Shown: positions 52,801 to 62,166 of the stretch, piece by piece
Layout of the letters: every line of letters starts with the position of its first letter
Position numbering within the stretch: the first letter of the stretch is position 1
DNA from: Trueperaceae bacterium
GTDB taxonomy: Bacteria > Deinococcota > Deinococci > Deinococcales > Trueperaceae
Length of the DNA stretch: 64,000 nt
NCBI GenBank assembly: GCA_965214405.1
Contig: OZ243956.1
Span: 2,880,001-2,944,000, forward strand
Reading direction: 5' to 3'
Notes under the pieces: model-generated
The model's database searches: none
What the model was told of the DNA's origin: nothing
Seen by the model: the letters and a program-made list of their open reading frames with translations, nothing else
Position numbers and translations under genes: made by a program

Positions 52801-54060
52801 TTAAGCGCGAAGCTGCTGCCAAAAGAAAGCCAGGGCCGCGTAGGTGAGGCGTTCTCTCACCCAGTCGGGCTCGAGCCGCGGCAACCTGAGCCTTTTCGCA
52901 CGTCCCGTGACACCGCCCCCAGAACCCAAACCGGGACCAAACACGGCCACATACGCCTCTTGACCCTCGTCTGACCCTGTCACTGGAGTCACGTCGGTTG
53001 TGGCGAGACCGTAGTCCGCGCCGAAAAATCGCGCGGCAGCTTCGGCCATTGCGAGCGCACCCTCTTGGGAGACGGCGTGAGAGGCGTCAAGAAGAGCTTT
53101 GGGCACACCAAAGGCTGCCTTGGTTCGCGCGTCCCATGCTACCACGCCGCCCAGGAGGGGCGCAGACGCGTCGGCGACGGTTAAAATCTGGCTTAAACTC
53201 TGGATAATTCCGCCGCCCGTAGCCGTTTCCATCACGGCGGCGCTCACGTTTTTTAGCAGGAGAAGCTGCCGAATCACCTCGGGCAGTTCATCGCCATTGT
53301 ATCCCCACACAAAGCCGTCAAGCGCCTCCCCAACGCGCTCCAAAGCCTCCGCCGCAGTGCCTTCCGCCTCCGCCAGCGTGTCGGCCTTGGCGGCGACGCG
53401 CACGTGGACGCCGTCGCGCTTGGCGTAGGTGGCGACGCTCGGGTTGGCGGCCAACGTAAGCTCGCCTAAGCGTTCGGCCACCGCCGATTCGCCGATGCCC
53501 TGCGTCTTAAAAGTGCGCGTGAAGAGGGCGGCGGCGGGCAGCTCGAGCCTAAGTACGGCTTCCTCCAACCACATCCTCTTGAGTTCGCGCGGCGGACCCG
53601 GAAGCGCCACAATCATTTTCTCTTGCCCACCACGCTGCGTCCTTACAAACCAGCCCGGCGCGGTGCCGAGCGGATTGGGCAGCGCCTCGGAGGAGGGGAT
53701 GAGCCAGGCCTGTTTGAGGTTACGTTCGGGCATACTGACCGAAAAGGAGGCGAAGCGCGCGCGCAGCTCGCGCTCGAGCCCGGTGTCCACCTCCGGCGTT
53801 TCTCCCAGGGTTTCGGCGACGGCCTCGCGGCTCATGTCGTCGTCGGTGGGTCCCAGACCCCCACACATGATGAGCAGGTCGCTCCGCGAGAGCGCCTCCT
53901 CGACCGCGCGCTTTAAGCGCTTGCGGTTGTCCCCCACGCGCTGCGACCAGTACACGTCCACGCCGCGCCGCGCCAAGTCCTGAGCCAGCCAGGCGGAGTT
54001 GGTGTCCACGATTTCACCGAGCAGGAGTTCGGTGCCGACGCTCAAAAGCTCCGCAATCAC
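52801..54060 (-). CDS. cinA: CinA (COG1058 pyrophosphatase domain plus NMN-deamidase-like domain)
   Basis: GTELLLGEIVDTN, GGLGPTDDD, GTAPG, LPGPPRE; GTG 54060; upstream of recA. Confidence 0.93.
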   Translation of the reverse strand: MIAELLSVGTELLLGEIVDTNSAWLAQDLARRGVDVYWSQRVGDNRKRLKRAVEEALSRSDLLIMCGGLGPTDDDMSREAVAETLGETPEVDTGLERELRARFASFSVSMPERNLKQAWLIPSSEALPNPLGTAPGWFVRTQRGGQEKMIVALPGPPRELKRMWLEEAVLRLELPAAALFTRTFKTQGIGESAVAERLGELTLAANPSVATYAKRDGVHVRVAAKADTLAEAEGTAAEALERVGEALDGFVWGYNGDELPEVIRQLLLLKNVSAAVMETATGGGIIQSLSQILTVADASAPLLGGVVAWDARTKAAFGVPKALLDASHAVSQEGALAMAEAAARFFGADYGLATTDVTPVTGSDEGQEAYVAVFGPGLGSGGGVTGRAKRLRLPRLEPDWVRERLTYAALAFFWQQLRA

Positions 54061-54339
54061 CGCGCACCTTCGTATCCATGTAAGAGGTTTACCGTCACCA
54101 AAAGCTTGTTCGCTGTGAGATTGATTAAGCAGAATCGGGTCATAGCCGCCAGCATACAACCCGGCCTGAGTCGTGAGTAAGTCACAATGCGTAAAGCGCA
54201 CCTCCTCACGGTCCTATAGGCGCTTTTTTATTACTTTTGTTCACGCGTCGTGTTTCCGCTGCTTTGCACCTCGCCGACCACCCTCACCACTCGTTCTCTA
54301 GTTCCAACGGTGGAGATTTTCAAGGCCCAGGCAAAAGTT

Positions 54340-54373
54340 TGTAAGAAATTTGTAAGATTCTGATGTGTAGACT
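54340..54373 (+). promoter_or_regulatory. Direct repeat TGTAAG-N5-TGTAAG plus -10 TAGACT (OmpR-family-type activated promoter)
   Basis: Hexamers at 54340 and 54351 (11-bp period); TAGACT at 54368. Confidence 0.55.
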
Positions 54374-54379
54374 TAACTT

Positions 54380-54468
54380 TAGTTTAGCCCTCGGGTTAAA
54401 CGGGGAGGGACACCCCTCCACCATCTCCTCTCTCGTGACCCCGTGCCCCCTACACGGGGTCGCATTTT
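54380..54468 (+). ncRNA. Candidate ~90-nt small RNA
   Basis: Two hairpins, a single-stranded ACCATCTCCTCTCTC tract, and an 11-bp terminator stem followed by ATTTT; no + strand ORF. Confidence 0.5.
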
Positions 54469-54483
54469 GCCCAAGAGCCACAC

Positions 54484-54954
54484 TCATAAATCTTTGTGCA
54501 TGAGCAGCATGTGGGGTGTGAACCCGTGACGCTCCCACGCGGTGGCAGCTCGAGGGTCGGCAAAGGCCGTGGAAAGTTTGATGCGCTTGACCCCTTGAGC
54601 CAGGGCGTACGCTTCTACTTCAGCCATCAGCAAACGACTCAAGTCCTGTCGGCGAAAACGAGCAGAAACGTCTAAATCAACGACGTAAAGGTAACGTCTT
54701 GGCGCAAAAATGGGGGCTTCTTGTTCTATGCGGAAGGTGGCGTAAGCAGCCAGCGCCTCATCTGCAAAAATCACGAACGCCTTTTTTGATCCCTCGCGGA
54801 GTTCTGCGGCTAAACGCTCGCTCAATTCAGGATGATTTAAGTTCGGTTTATAGATGGGTTCATGCGTGGCTACCTCGAGAGTGGCCGTGAGCCAAAGCTG
54901 CGCCATAGACCCTGCATCGTCGGGTGAGGCTTCTTGAAGTTTGAACTCAGGCAA
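54484..54954 (-). CDS. GNAT family N-acetyltransferase
   Basis: LYVVDLDVSARFRRQDLSRLLM (acetyl-CoA loop, G to D change), WERHGF. Confidence 0.8.
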   Translation of the reverse strand: MPEFKLQEASPDDAGSMAQLWLTATLEVATHEPIYKPNLNHPELSERLAAELREGSKKAFVIFADEALAAYATFRIEQEAPIFAPRRYLYVVDLDVSARFRRQDLSRLLMAEVEAYALAQGVKRIKLSTAFADPRAATAWERHGFTPHMLLMHKDL

Positions 54955-55045
54955 GGTGAGCCTTCCGTGGTTTTGAGGCGCTGAATCAAGAACTAACGGT
55001 TGAATTTAACACTCAAACAAATTTGAGCTTTATCAAACTTATTCT

Positions 55046-55432
55046 TTAGCTCGAGAGTGGGTGCAAGCTCAGATTCGCAACACCTTCAAAGTCTCGAGCG
55101 TTAAACGTCACGAGCGTAATGTTATGAACCAAAGCGGTTGCAGCGACAATGGCGTCAGGAACAAGAATGGGTCTGTTTGATTCCCTGCCGTGAAGAATAA
55201 TCTCACCTGCTTTGTCAGCAACGGCAACGTCTAGGTCAAGACTAACGAAACGCGAGAGCAGTTTCTCAGTGCTGGCCTGTTCAGATGGATGCGCGCCTGC
55301 TTTGACCTCGAGCCTCGTAACGGTTGAGATACATAGGCGGTTGGTTTTACCCAAAGCGCGTAGCAACTGCACCGTACTTTTTTGTCCACGCAAATGGCGG
55401 ATTAACAAACCAGTATCCAGCAGGTAACGCAA
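55046..55432 (-). CDS. PIN-domain (VapC-like) toxin
   Basis: YLLDTG, VTRLEV, PDAIVAATA, LVTFNARDF. Confidence 0.9.
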   Translation of the reverse strand: MRYLLDTGLLIRHLRGQKSTVQLLRALGKTNRLCISTVTRLEVKAGAHPSEQASTEKLLSRFVSLDLDVAVADKAGEIILHGRESNRPILVPDAIVAATALVHNITLVTFNARDFEGVANLSLHPLSS

Positions 55433-55435
55433 AAG

Positions 55436-55688
55436 CTACCCCCAGCTTCGGCGGGATTCTTCAAGCCATGCTTCTATACCCTCATCATTTCGCATGTCCG
55501 GGTGATTTTCCAAAGACCACGCGCCCGCGGTTTCCTCGAGGGCGGCTGCTTGCTCGATGAGGTCAAGGTGTTCTTCAATAGCCTCTTTAATGAAAAGGTT
55601 ACGCTCACGGCTCGGTACGGTTTGGTTTAGGCGCTCGAGTAAACCTTTAGGTAGCGTTACAGTAACTTTTTGTTGGTCTAAAAGCCAT
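55436..55688 (-). pseudogene. RHH/CopG-type antitoxin with a +1 frameshift at codon 3 (absent from the ORF track)
   Basis: GGAGG then ATG 55688. Removing one base of the A4 run at 55680-55683 gives MALDQQKVTVTLPKGLLERLNQTVPSRERNLFIKEAIE..AGAWSLENHPD..RRSWG*. Confidence 0.75.
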
Positions 55689-55818
55689 CTAACTAGACCT
55701 CCTACTAAACGTCCAGCTTATCATGAACTGTTGCAGAGCTGTTTAGACAGTACAAATGGCTCTGGTTAAGTAACAAATGTTTACTCTGACAGGCATATAT
55801 TTGGGCGAAAAGTCAGTT

Positions 55819-56625
55819 TTATTCTGGGAACTCGCGTCGAAGCGTTGCCAGCACCTCGCCGTAAGTTTCCCTAATGTTGTTTTTAGAAAATTTGATGTAT
55901 TGAACTCCTTGAACGTTAGAAAACTCCTTTACACCCTCCTCGAGTAGCAGAATGGCGCGAGAAAAGCCGAGGCGTCCCTGAAAGAGGCCCGCTTCGTGAA
56001 CGACATTTTGTCTGGCTTGAAGCTGACCATCAGCCTGTTCGTCCTCACCTGTAAGTACCAAAAGCGCGAACGAACTTTTAGCTACCATCTCCTCGAGAAT
56101 GTCACGGATGGTATGCCCTGCTCGCGCGCCAGTTTCGTAAGCTTCAATCCTAAAGCCATGCTTATCTTGTAAGTGGTCTTTGAGGTCACGCCAGGCTGCG
56201 CTGCGTCCATGCCCAATGAATACTACGGGTCTTGCGGCAGGTGGTAATGGAAGAGGTGAAAGTTTGGCGGAGACAGCATATCTCTCAAACACATGAAAGA
56301 CCGTCTCAATGTCAACTCTCTGTCGCGCCTCCATGCTGACGTCTGTGTTTTGGTTTCTAATGGAAAATAAAAAGGTAGTGACAATATTGTGTTCGCCGTG
56401 TCTACCGCTCAAATGGAGACGTGCATCTCTATTGCACTTTCGGTAGTCGGCTAAGAACTCCTCTATTGTGTCGTGGTCCCAAGTCGAATCATCATGCTCT
56501 ACCGTGAGCGAAAGATATGAAGTTTTTACTCCTGTGCGTACTGCAGCTTCTTCTACTGCTGAAATTGCCTCTCTTAGAACATCAGCACTGAAGCGCGTAT
56601 TAAGGTACTTCTTTTCCTTCTTCAA
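55819..56625 (-). CDS. TIR-like nucleotide-binding domain protein (CAP12/Pycsar-type TIR, PF10137-like) with an unknown N-terminal domain
   Basis: VFIGHGRS, SFALLVLTGED, ARQNVVHEAGLFQGRLG, FSNVQGVQYI; lower GC. Confidence 0.88.
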   Translation of the reverse strand: MKKEKKYLNTRFSADVLREAISAVEEAAVRTGVKTSYLSLTVEHDDSTWDHDTIEEFLADYRKCNRDARLHLSGRHGEHNIVTTFLFSIRNQNTDVSMEARQRVDIETVFHVFERYAVSAKLSPLPLPPAARPVVFIGHGRSAAWRDLKDHLQDKHGFRIEAYETGARAGHTIRDILEEMVAKSSFALLVLTGEDEQADGQLQARQNVVHEAGLFQGRLGFSRAILLLEEGVKEFSNVQGVQYIKFSKNNIRETYGEVLATLRREFPE

Positions 56626-56695
56626 AAAAGCTCCTACAAAAGCTGATTAAGTTTACGCTGCACCCCATAGCGTGATTCCTGCAGAATATGTAAAG

Positions 56696-57436
56696 TTACC
56701 ACATAACCCTCCGAAATAACGCCAGCCCCACCCGCCCCCGGTACTGCGCCCGAAGAAGTTTTAACCCCGCCACGTTCGCCTGCGCCTCCAAACTTTTGGG
56801 CTCAACAAATCGGAGCCCCGACAGCCCCAGCGACCCCTGCCCCAACCGCCCAAGCCCCGTGTCGGCCTTGGTGATGTACATTTGCCACATCAGCCCACCG
56901 GGCCGGAGCACTCGAGCCATCTCCCTTAAAGTCCCCGGTAAATCAACCAACTCATTAAGCGTGCCGCCGGAAACAATGGCGTCGAAGACTTCGCTTTGAT
57001 AGGGGAGATGGCGCAGGTTAGCTAGAACCAACACCGGCTCTACCCCGTCACGTTCGGCGTATTCTCTGGCTTTTTTCAAAAAGGGGAGGCTATAGTCTAC
57101 GGCGTGAACCTCGAGCCCCCCTTTACCTAAAAGCGTGCGCGCGTAGAGCCCACCTGAACAACCCGCGTCGAGAAAACGCTCCCCCGGCTTTGGCTGGGTC
57201 CACTCGAGCATGAGCGCGAGTTCTCTTTCCACACTAAAGCCCCCGCGCGTCAAAATTCCTATGGAACGCATCCGCCACAGCGGCTCGTACACCGCGGCGG
57301 TGAGGGGTAAAAAGTTGCTCGACTGGGCGGGTGGAACGCGGGGTCTTTTCTCCAGAGCGCGGTAGACGCCCTCCTCGAGGGGGAGAGGAGATAAAAAAGG
57401 AGAATTGGACGCGTTCACTAAGGCGCATTGTGACAC
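56696..57436 (-). CDS. Class I SAM-dependent methyltransferase; start uncertain
   Basis: FLDAGCSGG, AVDYS, LPY, EMARVLRPGG. Confidence 0.85.
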   Translation of the reverse strand: MSQCALVNASNSPFLSPLPLEEGVYRALEKRPRVPPAQSSNFLPLTAAVYEPLWRMRSIGILTRGGFSVERELALMLEWTQPKPGERFLDAGCSGGLYARTLLGKGGLEVHAVDYSLPFLKKAREYAERDGVEPVLVLANLRHLPYQSEVFDAIVSGGTLNELVDLPGTLREMARVLRPGGLMWQMYITKADTGLGRLGQGSLGLSGLRFVEPKSLEAQANVAGLKLLRAQYRGRVGLALFRRVMW

Positions 57437-57492
57437 GCTTGCGTTCAGAGTTTCGTAGACGAAAGCGGGATGAGAAACGGTTCAGCGGCCTG

Positions 57493-58905
57493 TTATAAAG
57501 CTCGAGCCGCCTCACGCTCCTCTTTTGTGCTGCCGGGTCCTAAGTGCTTTAGCAAAATCTCAAACACGTCGGTAGCCTTAACGGTATGCTGTTGCAGCAG
57601 CCCCTTCTGCGTGGTCATCAAAAGCGGCGCTTTCTCCGGCGTGGGGCTCCGGCGACCGTGCGAACCCCCGACCACGGTAGCGTCCAAACCAATCACGTCC
57701 ATGAGGTAACGAAAACCGAGCTTCTTTTTAAGCAGCACCCCGCCCGCCTTGAACTTGGGGCGTTTGAGCGTAGGGTCCATAAAGAGTTCCGCAGGGTCGT
57801 AACCGGGTTTCTTGTGAATTTCCACCGTGCGCGCGAAGTCGGGGGCTTTTTTGTCATCCAGCCAGTAGTAGTAGGTGAACCAGGCGTCGGGCTCGGCCAA
57901 GACAACGAGTTCCCCTGAACGCGGGTGGTCAAGGCCGTGCGCCCGCTTGCCCTCCTCGCCCCAGACCTCCGCCACGCCGTCGGTAGCCTCCAAAAGCGCG
58001 CGCACCTCGTCTATGCGTGACGGGTCATTCACATACACGTGGGCGAGCTGATGGTCGGCGACGGCGAAGGCGCTGCTCATCCCCAAGTTGAGGTGCTCCA
58101 ACCCCTCCTCCTCGCGCACCGCCAAAAAGCCCCGCTCGCGGAAGAGGCGGTTGAGGTGGACGGGCTTCTTTACAGGCTCAATTCCGTATTCCGACAGAAC
58201 CACCACCACCACCCCGCGCCCCTCGAAAAAGGTGATGAGGTCGCCCGCCACCGTGTCGATGTCGCGCAGGTCTTGGGCGACTTTATGAAGGTCGGGGCCG
58301 TGTCTTTGCAAGCCGTAATCGAGGTGCGGGAGGTAAACGAGCGAGAGCGTCGGGGCGTGGCGCGTTTCAACCCATTTGGCGGCGTCGGCAATCCAGCGGC
58401 TCGAGACGATAGAGGAGTTCGGCCCCCAGAAGTTAAAGAGCGGAAACGTCCCCAGCTCCTCCTGCAAAGCGGGGCGCAGCTCGTGCGGCCAACTGTAGAT
58501 GTCAGGCAGCTTGCGCCCGTCGGCGGGGTACATGGGCCGCTCGACGACGGTGTAGTCGGCTGATGAATAGGTCGCGTAGCGCCAGAAGAGGTTCGCGCAG
58601 GTGAAGTTCGGGTCGCGCTCCCTCGCCACCTCCCAGATTTTGGGCGCTTGCACCAAACTGTCCGAACGGCTCCAGAAATGCACCTCGCACTCGTCACGAA
58701 AGTACCAGCCGTTGGCGACGACGCCGTGCTCACTCGGGAGTTTGCCTGTCAAGTAAGTGGCTTGCACCGTGGAGGTCACGGCGGGAAGCGCCTCTTCGAT
58801 GGTTGCCAGGTCGCCTCGAGCCCGGAACGCCTGCAGCTTAGGCGTGTGCTCGCCCAGCAGTTCCGGCGTGAGGCCGACGATGTTAAGAACGACGGTTCGG
58901 TTCAT
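57493..58905 (-). CDS. eboF: Alkaline-phosphatase-superfamily nucleotide pyrophosphatase/phosphodiesterase (EboF-like)
   Basis: PAVT, HGVVANGWY, YLPHLDY, LSEYG, ADHQLAHVY, IHKKPGYDP, GSHG. Confidence 0.85.
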   Translation of the reverse strand: MNRTVVLNIVGLTPELLGEHTPKLQAFRARGDLATIEEALPAVTSTVQATYLTGKLPSEHGVVANGWYFRDECEVHFWSRSDSLVQAPKIWEVARERDPNFTCANLFWRYATYSSADYTVVERPMYPADGRKLPDIYSWPHELRPALQEELGTFPLFNFWGPNSSIVSSRWIADAAKWVETRHAPTLSLVYLPHLDYGLQRHGPDLHKVAQDLRDIDTVAGDLITFFEGRGVVVVVLSEYGIEPVKKPVHLNRLFRERGFLAVREEEGLEHLNLGMSSAFAVADHQLAHVYVNDPSRIDEVRALLEATDGVAEVWGEEGKRAHGLDHPRSGELVVLAEPDAWFTYYYWLDDKKAPDFARTVEIHKKPGYDPAELFMDPTLKRPKFKAGGVLLKKKLGFRYLMDVIGLDATVVGGSHGRRSPTPEKAPLLMTTQKGLLQQHTVKATDVFEILLKHLGPGSTKEEREAARAL

Positions 58906-58961
58906 CTTTTATCCCCTAAGCTCAAGTTCTCTGACGTGCTTCATAGTCACGTCCTCTGCCT

Positions 58962-59840
58962 TTAAGTTCCCTTGATATAACGCTGAAAAAAGAGCGTGAG
59001 CCCGAACGCCAGCCCCGCCAGCCCCACCCCGACGGCGCTCCCCGCCCCGGCCAGCACCAGCGCGTCGAGGAGCGACACGCCCGCGATGAGCCGCCCGATG
59101 GCCCCGCCGTAGTCGCGCCTTTTGTACACGAAAGAGAGGCTGTAGACCGTCCAGCCCGTGAACAGGAGGACGAGGAACACGCCCGCGTCCGTGAATTGCA
59201 GCGACGCGTAGAGCGCGGGCAAAAAGAGGAGCGCGGCGGGCCACAGGCCCAGCAGGCCGGGTTGCCGCTCCACCTTGGCGAGGTAGGTGAGCCCGACGAT
59301 GTAGAGACCCAGGAGCGCCATCCACACGAAAAGGGCGGGGGAGAGGAGCGTCGAAAAGGCCAAAAACGCGGTGAGGTACACCAGCGCCCTGGTGCTCGCC
59401 ATCACCACCGGGCTTAGCGGGTTGGTCTTGTGCCAGGCGTCGTAGAGGACGATGAGGCCGATTAAGACGAGCCCACTCAGAAAGGGCGCGACGCCGGTAA
59501 CGAGCAACAGCACGCCGCCAGTCCCGAAAAGCGCGAGGATGGTCGCAGTGGCGGCGGCGTGCGTGACCGCGCCCGACGGGAGCGGGCGTTCGGGGCGCTC
59601 GAGCCTGTCCCGCTCAAAATCCAAAAGGTCGTTCAGATACATCCCGGCGGTGTAAAAAAGAACAAGTGCCACTACGAGGAGAATCAGCGTAGGTGCAGCG
59701 TTCTCCGTGCTAAACGCCCCCGCCAGGGCCGCGCCCGCCAGAACGTTGCTGGCAACCGTTGGGGCGTTGGAAATGCGCGCCAGCGCGAGGTGCGCCCGCA
59801 GCGTCCCGCCCCAGCCCTTTGGAACGGTCCTAGAGTTCAC
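58962..59840 (-). CDS. eboC: UbiA family prenyltransferase (EboC-like)
   Basis: RISNAPT, GMYLNDLLD..DRLERPERPLPSG, YD..HK; multiple TM helices. Confidence 0.85.
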   Translation of the reverse strand: MNSRTVPKGWGGTLRAHLALARISNAPTVASNVLAGAALAGAFSTENAAPTLILLVVALVLFYTAGMYLNDLLDFERDRLERPERPLPSGAVTHAAATATILALFGTGGVLLLVTGVAPFLSGLVLIGLIVLYDAWHKTNPLSPVVMASTRALVYLTAFLAFSTLLSPALFVWMALLGLYIVGLTYLAKVERQPGLLGLWPAALLFLPALYASLQFTDAGVFLVLLFTGWTVYSLSFVYKRRDYGGAIGRLIAGVSLLDALVLAGAGSAVGVGLAGLAFGLTLFFQRYIKGT

Positions 59841-61044
59841 GGAGCACCCATTCATATTCACGCGCGATGGACTCGCCCAAGTCTGCCTTGAGCCCCGGCG
59901 GCAGCACTTCCCAGGTGTAAGTTTCGATTTCTAAGTGGTTGGTAAAGGGCCGTTCGCGCAGAAGTTTGAACGTTTCCGAAATGGTGTCCTGTGTCGAACC
60001 AAGCTCGCCGTACCCTTCAGCAAAGATGGGCACGTGAAAATGGATGCGCCATTCTGCGGCGTCGGGGCTTTGGATGTGCTCGAGTGCTTCGGGTAGATCG
60101 GGATACTGGGTGAAACTGCCGTCCTGACTGCGCTGCACAACTTGGTGGAGATAGGTGGATTCGGCAAAGGGGAGGAGGCGTTGCGCCGTCTCTTCTCTGG
60201 CACCCTCCGGCAACGGCACGCGGAGCGCGGAAGAGACCTGAACTTTGCCCACTTTGATACCCACTTCGGCAAGGTCAGCCAGCACCGCCGCGGGCTCCTC
60301 AAAGGCCACCGCCGCGTGGCAGGTGTCGAAGCAGACTTGGATGTGCTCGAGCAGCCTCCCCCGCGCCTCGTCCTCCGTTCCCCCCAACCGCCGCGCCAGA
60401 TTTGCCGCGCCTCTGGTAAGGAGCCAGTCTTTGTAAAAAGAGACGAGTTCCGCGTTCGTTCCCAGCAAACCGTCGGGTTCGGGTTCGATGTCTAAATGAA
60501 TCGTCTTGCCCTGCGTTTCCTTCACCCGCACCAGCGCCTCGGCTACGCGCACGACGTTCTCGGTCAAGGTTTCCCAGAGCGCCGGGTCGTCCGCATTCAC
60601 CCAAGTTTTGTAAGAGAGCGGGCTCGTCGAGATGCCGCCCTCGGTATCCTCCGGCAAGAGGTACGCAAGCATTTCAATAAGCCGCAGCGTGTACGCTACC
60701 CGCTCCTCGCTCTGCCAGTCGGGCGCGTGGACCTCCGCCTTGACCGCCTGTCCGTGAAAAGGGCCGTAAGGAAAGCCGTTCATGGTAAAGATATACAAGC
60801 CCTCAGACTCGAGCCACACCCTAAAGTCCTCTAACCGTGTCCCTTCAAGCCCCTCGCAACTCTCCACTCCCGACAGCCTCAAGCCGATGCCAAAAGGCTT
60901 GTCGGGCGAAAAGCGCGCCTTGAGGGCCGGGGCGTAGCGCGCTAGGTTCGCCCGCACCCCCTCCCAACCGCTGCTCGCGTGGATGTTGGTGCAGTAGGTG
61001 AGTTCTAAGCCGCTACTGAGCCGCATGGCCGACGAGGAGTTCAC
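59830..61044 (-). CDS. eboE: Xylose-isomerase-like TIM-barrel protein EboE (start 61044 or ATG 61026)
   Basis: [49 protein letters not shown]. Confidence 0.9.
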   Translation of the reverse strand: MNSSSAMRLSSGLELTYCTNIHASSGWEGVRANLARYAPALKARFSPDKPFGIGLRLSGVESCEGLEGTRLEDFRVWLESEGLYIFTMNGFPYGPFHGQAVKAEVHAPDWQSEERVAYTLRLIEMLAYLLPEDTEGGISTSPLSYKTWVNADDPALWETLTENVVRVAEALVRVKETQGKTIHLDIEPEPDGLLGTNAELVSFYKDWLLTRGAANLARRLGGTEDEARGRLLEHIQVCFDTCHAAVAFEEPAAVLADLAEVGIKVGKVQVSSALRVPLPEGAREETAQRLLPFAESTYLHQVVQRSQDGSFTQYPDLPEALEHIQSPDAAEWRIHFHVPIFAEGYGELGSTQDTISETFKLLRERPFTNHLEIETYTWEVLPPGLKADLGESIAREYEWVLREL

Positions 61045-61870
61045 CCTCGGGCGTGGTCTCGGCGGGCGTGGCTAGCTTGAATTTGGGCGACCCGCTGAGG
61101 AAGGCCTTGGGGTTTTCAAAGATGATGCGGTTGACTAAGTCTTCGCCGTGCGCGCGGCGGCGCATCTCGAGCGCGAACGTCGGCACCGCGACGGGATCGC
61201 TCGGTCCCCAGTCGCAGGCGGAGGCGACGCAGACGCGCTCAGCGCCGTGCATCTCGATCATGTCAATCGCGCGCCCCGGCGAGGCCTTGGTCTTGGGATA
61301 AAGCGTGACGCCCGTCCAGAAGCCGTTATCCAGAATCATCGGCAGCGTGTGCTCCTCGGCGTGGTCCACCATCACCCGGTTGGGGTCGATGCGGGGGTCC
61401 GCGGCTAAGGTCTCGACGATGATCTTGGTGCCTTTGTATTTGTCTTCTAAGTGCGGCGTGTGGATGTGAATCATCTGGTCATGCTCCAAGGCCAGCTCCA
61501 CATGGTCCTTAAAGGTCGCTAGCTCGTTGCGCGTCACCCGGTTGAGGCCGATTTCGCCAATGCCCAAAACGTTGGGACGGTCCAAAAACTCGGGGATGAT
61601 GGCTAAAACTTGCTTGGTGAGCGCCCGGTCCTCGCCCTCTTTGGGGTTCAAACAGAGCCAGGTGTAGTGCTGGATGCCGTACTGCGCGGCGCGCTTGGGC
61701 TCGAAGTCGGTCAAGTGGTCGAAGTAGTCCGCGAACACGTCCGCGCTTCGGCGGTCATAACCCGCCCAGAAAGCGGGTTCGGTTAGGGCCACGCAGCCCG
61801 TGAGCGCCATGCGCTGATAATCGTCCGTCGTGCGCGAGACCATGTGCGCGTGCAAGTCTATATACTTCAT
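61013..61870 (-). CDS. eboB: TatD-family metallohydrolase (EboB-like)
   Basis: [42 protein letters not shown]. Confidence 0.87.
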   Translation of the reverse strand: MKYIDLHAHMVSRTTDDYQRMALTGCVALTEPAFWAGYDRRSADVFADYFDHLTDFEPKRAAQYGIQHYTWLCLNPKEGEDRALTKQVLAIIPEFLDRPNVLGIGEIGLNRVTRNELATFKDHVELALEHDQMIHIHTPHLEDKYKGTKIIVETLAADPRIDPNRVMVDHAEEHTLPMILDNGFWTGVTLYPKTKASPGRAIDMIEMHGAERVCVASACDWGPSDPVAVPTFALEMRRRAHGEDLVNRIIFENPKAFLSGSPKFKLATPAETTPEGELLVGHAAQ

Positions 61871-62166
61871 TTTTTCCCCTTCCGAACGGAAGCCCCGAAC
61901 GCCCCCTGCTGGTCGCGTTCTTCTAAAAGTTCGCTGTTAAGATCGCTCAAAATCATCTGCACCCGCTCGGCCCGCCCCGGACCCTCCGTTTGCAGCGCCC
62001 CCAGCGCCTCCCGGAACGCGACGAAGCGAAAGTCGTCCTCGGCGTCACGAGCGCTCGAGCGGTCCAGCCGGTCCAAAAACCCCGCGATGTCCAAAATCTT
62101 GGTCCGGTGTTCGATAAAAAACTCGTCGATGAGTTCCTTTTGCGTCATCGGGCAAGTGCCAGCCAT
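61867..62166 (-). CDS. Small conserved-looking hypothetical protein within the ebo cluster
   Basis: [32 protein letters not shown]; overlaps both neighbours. Confidence 0.75.
   Translation of the reverse strand: MAGTCPMTQKELIDEFFIEHRTKILDIAGFLDRLDRSSARDAEDDFRFVAFREALGALQTEGPGRAERVQMILSDLNSELLEERDQQGAFGASVRKGKK

Noticed and set aside
54061..54300. RDRM (DdrO operator) upstream of cinA-recA
   Set aside because: The best candidate near 54177 matches only one half-site.
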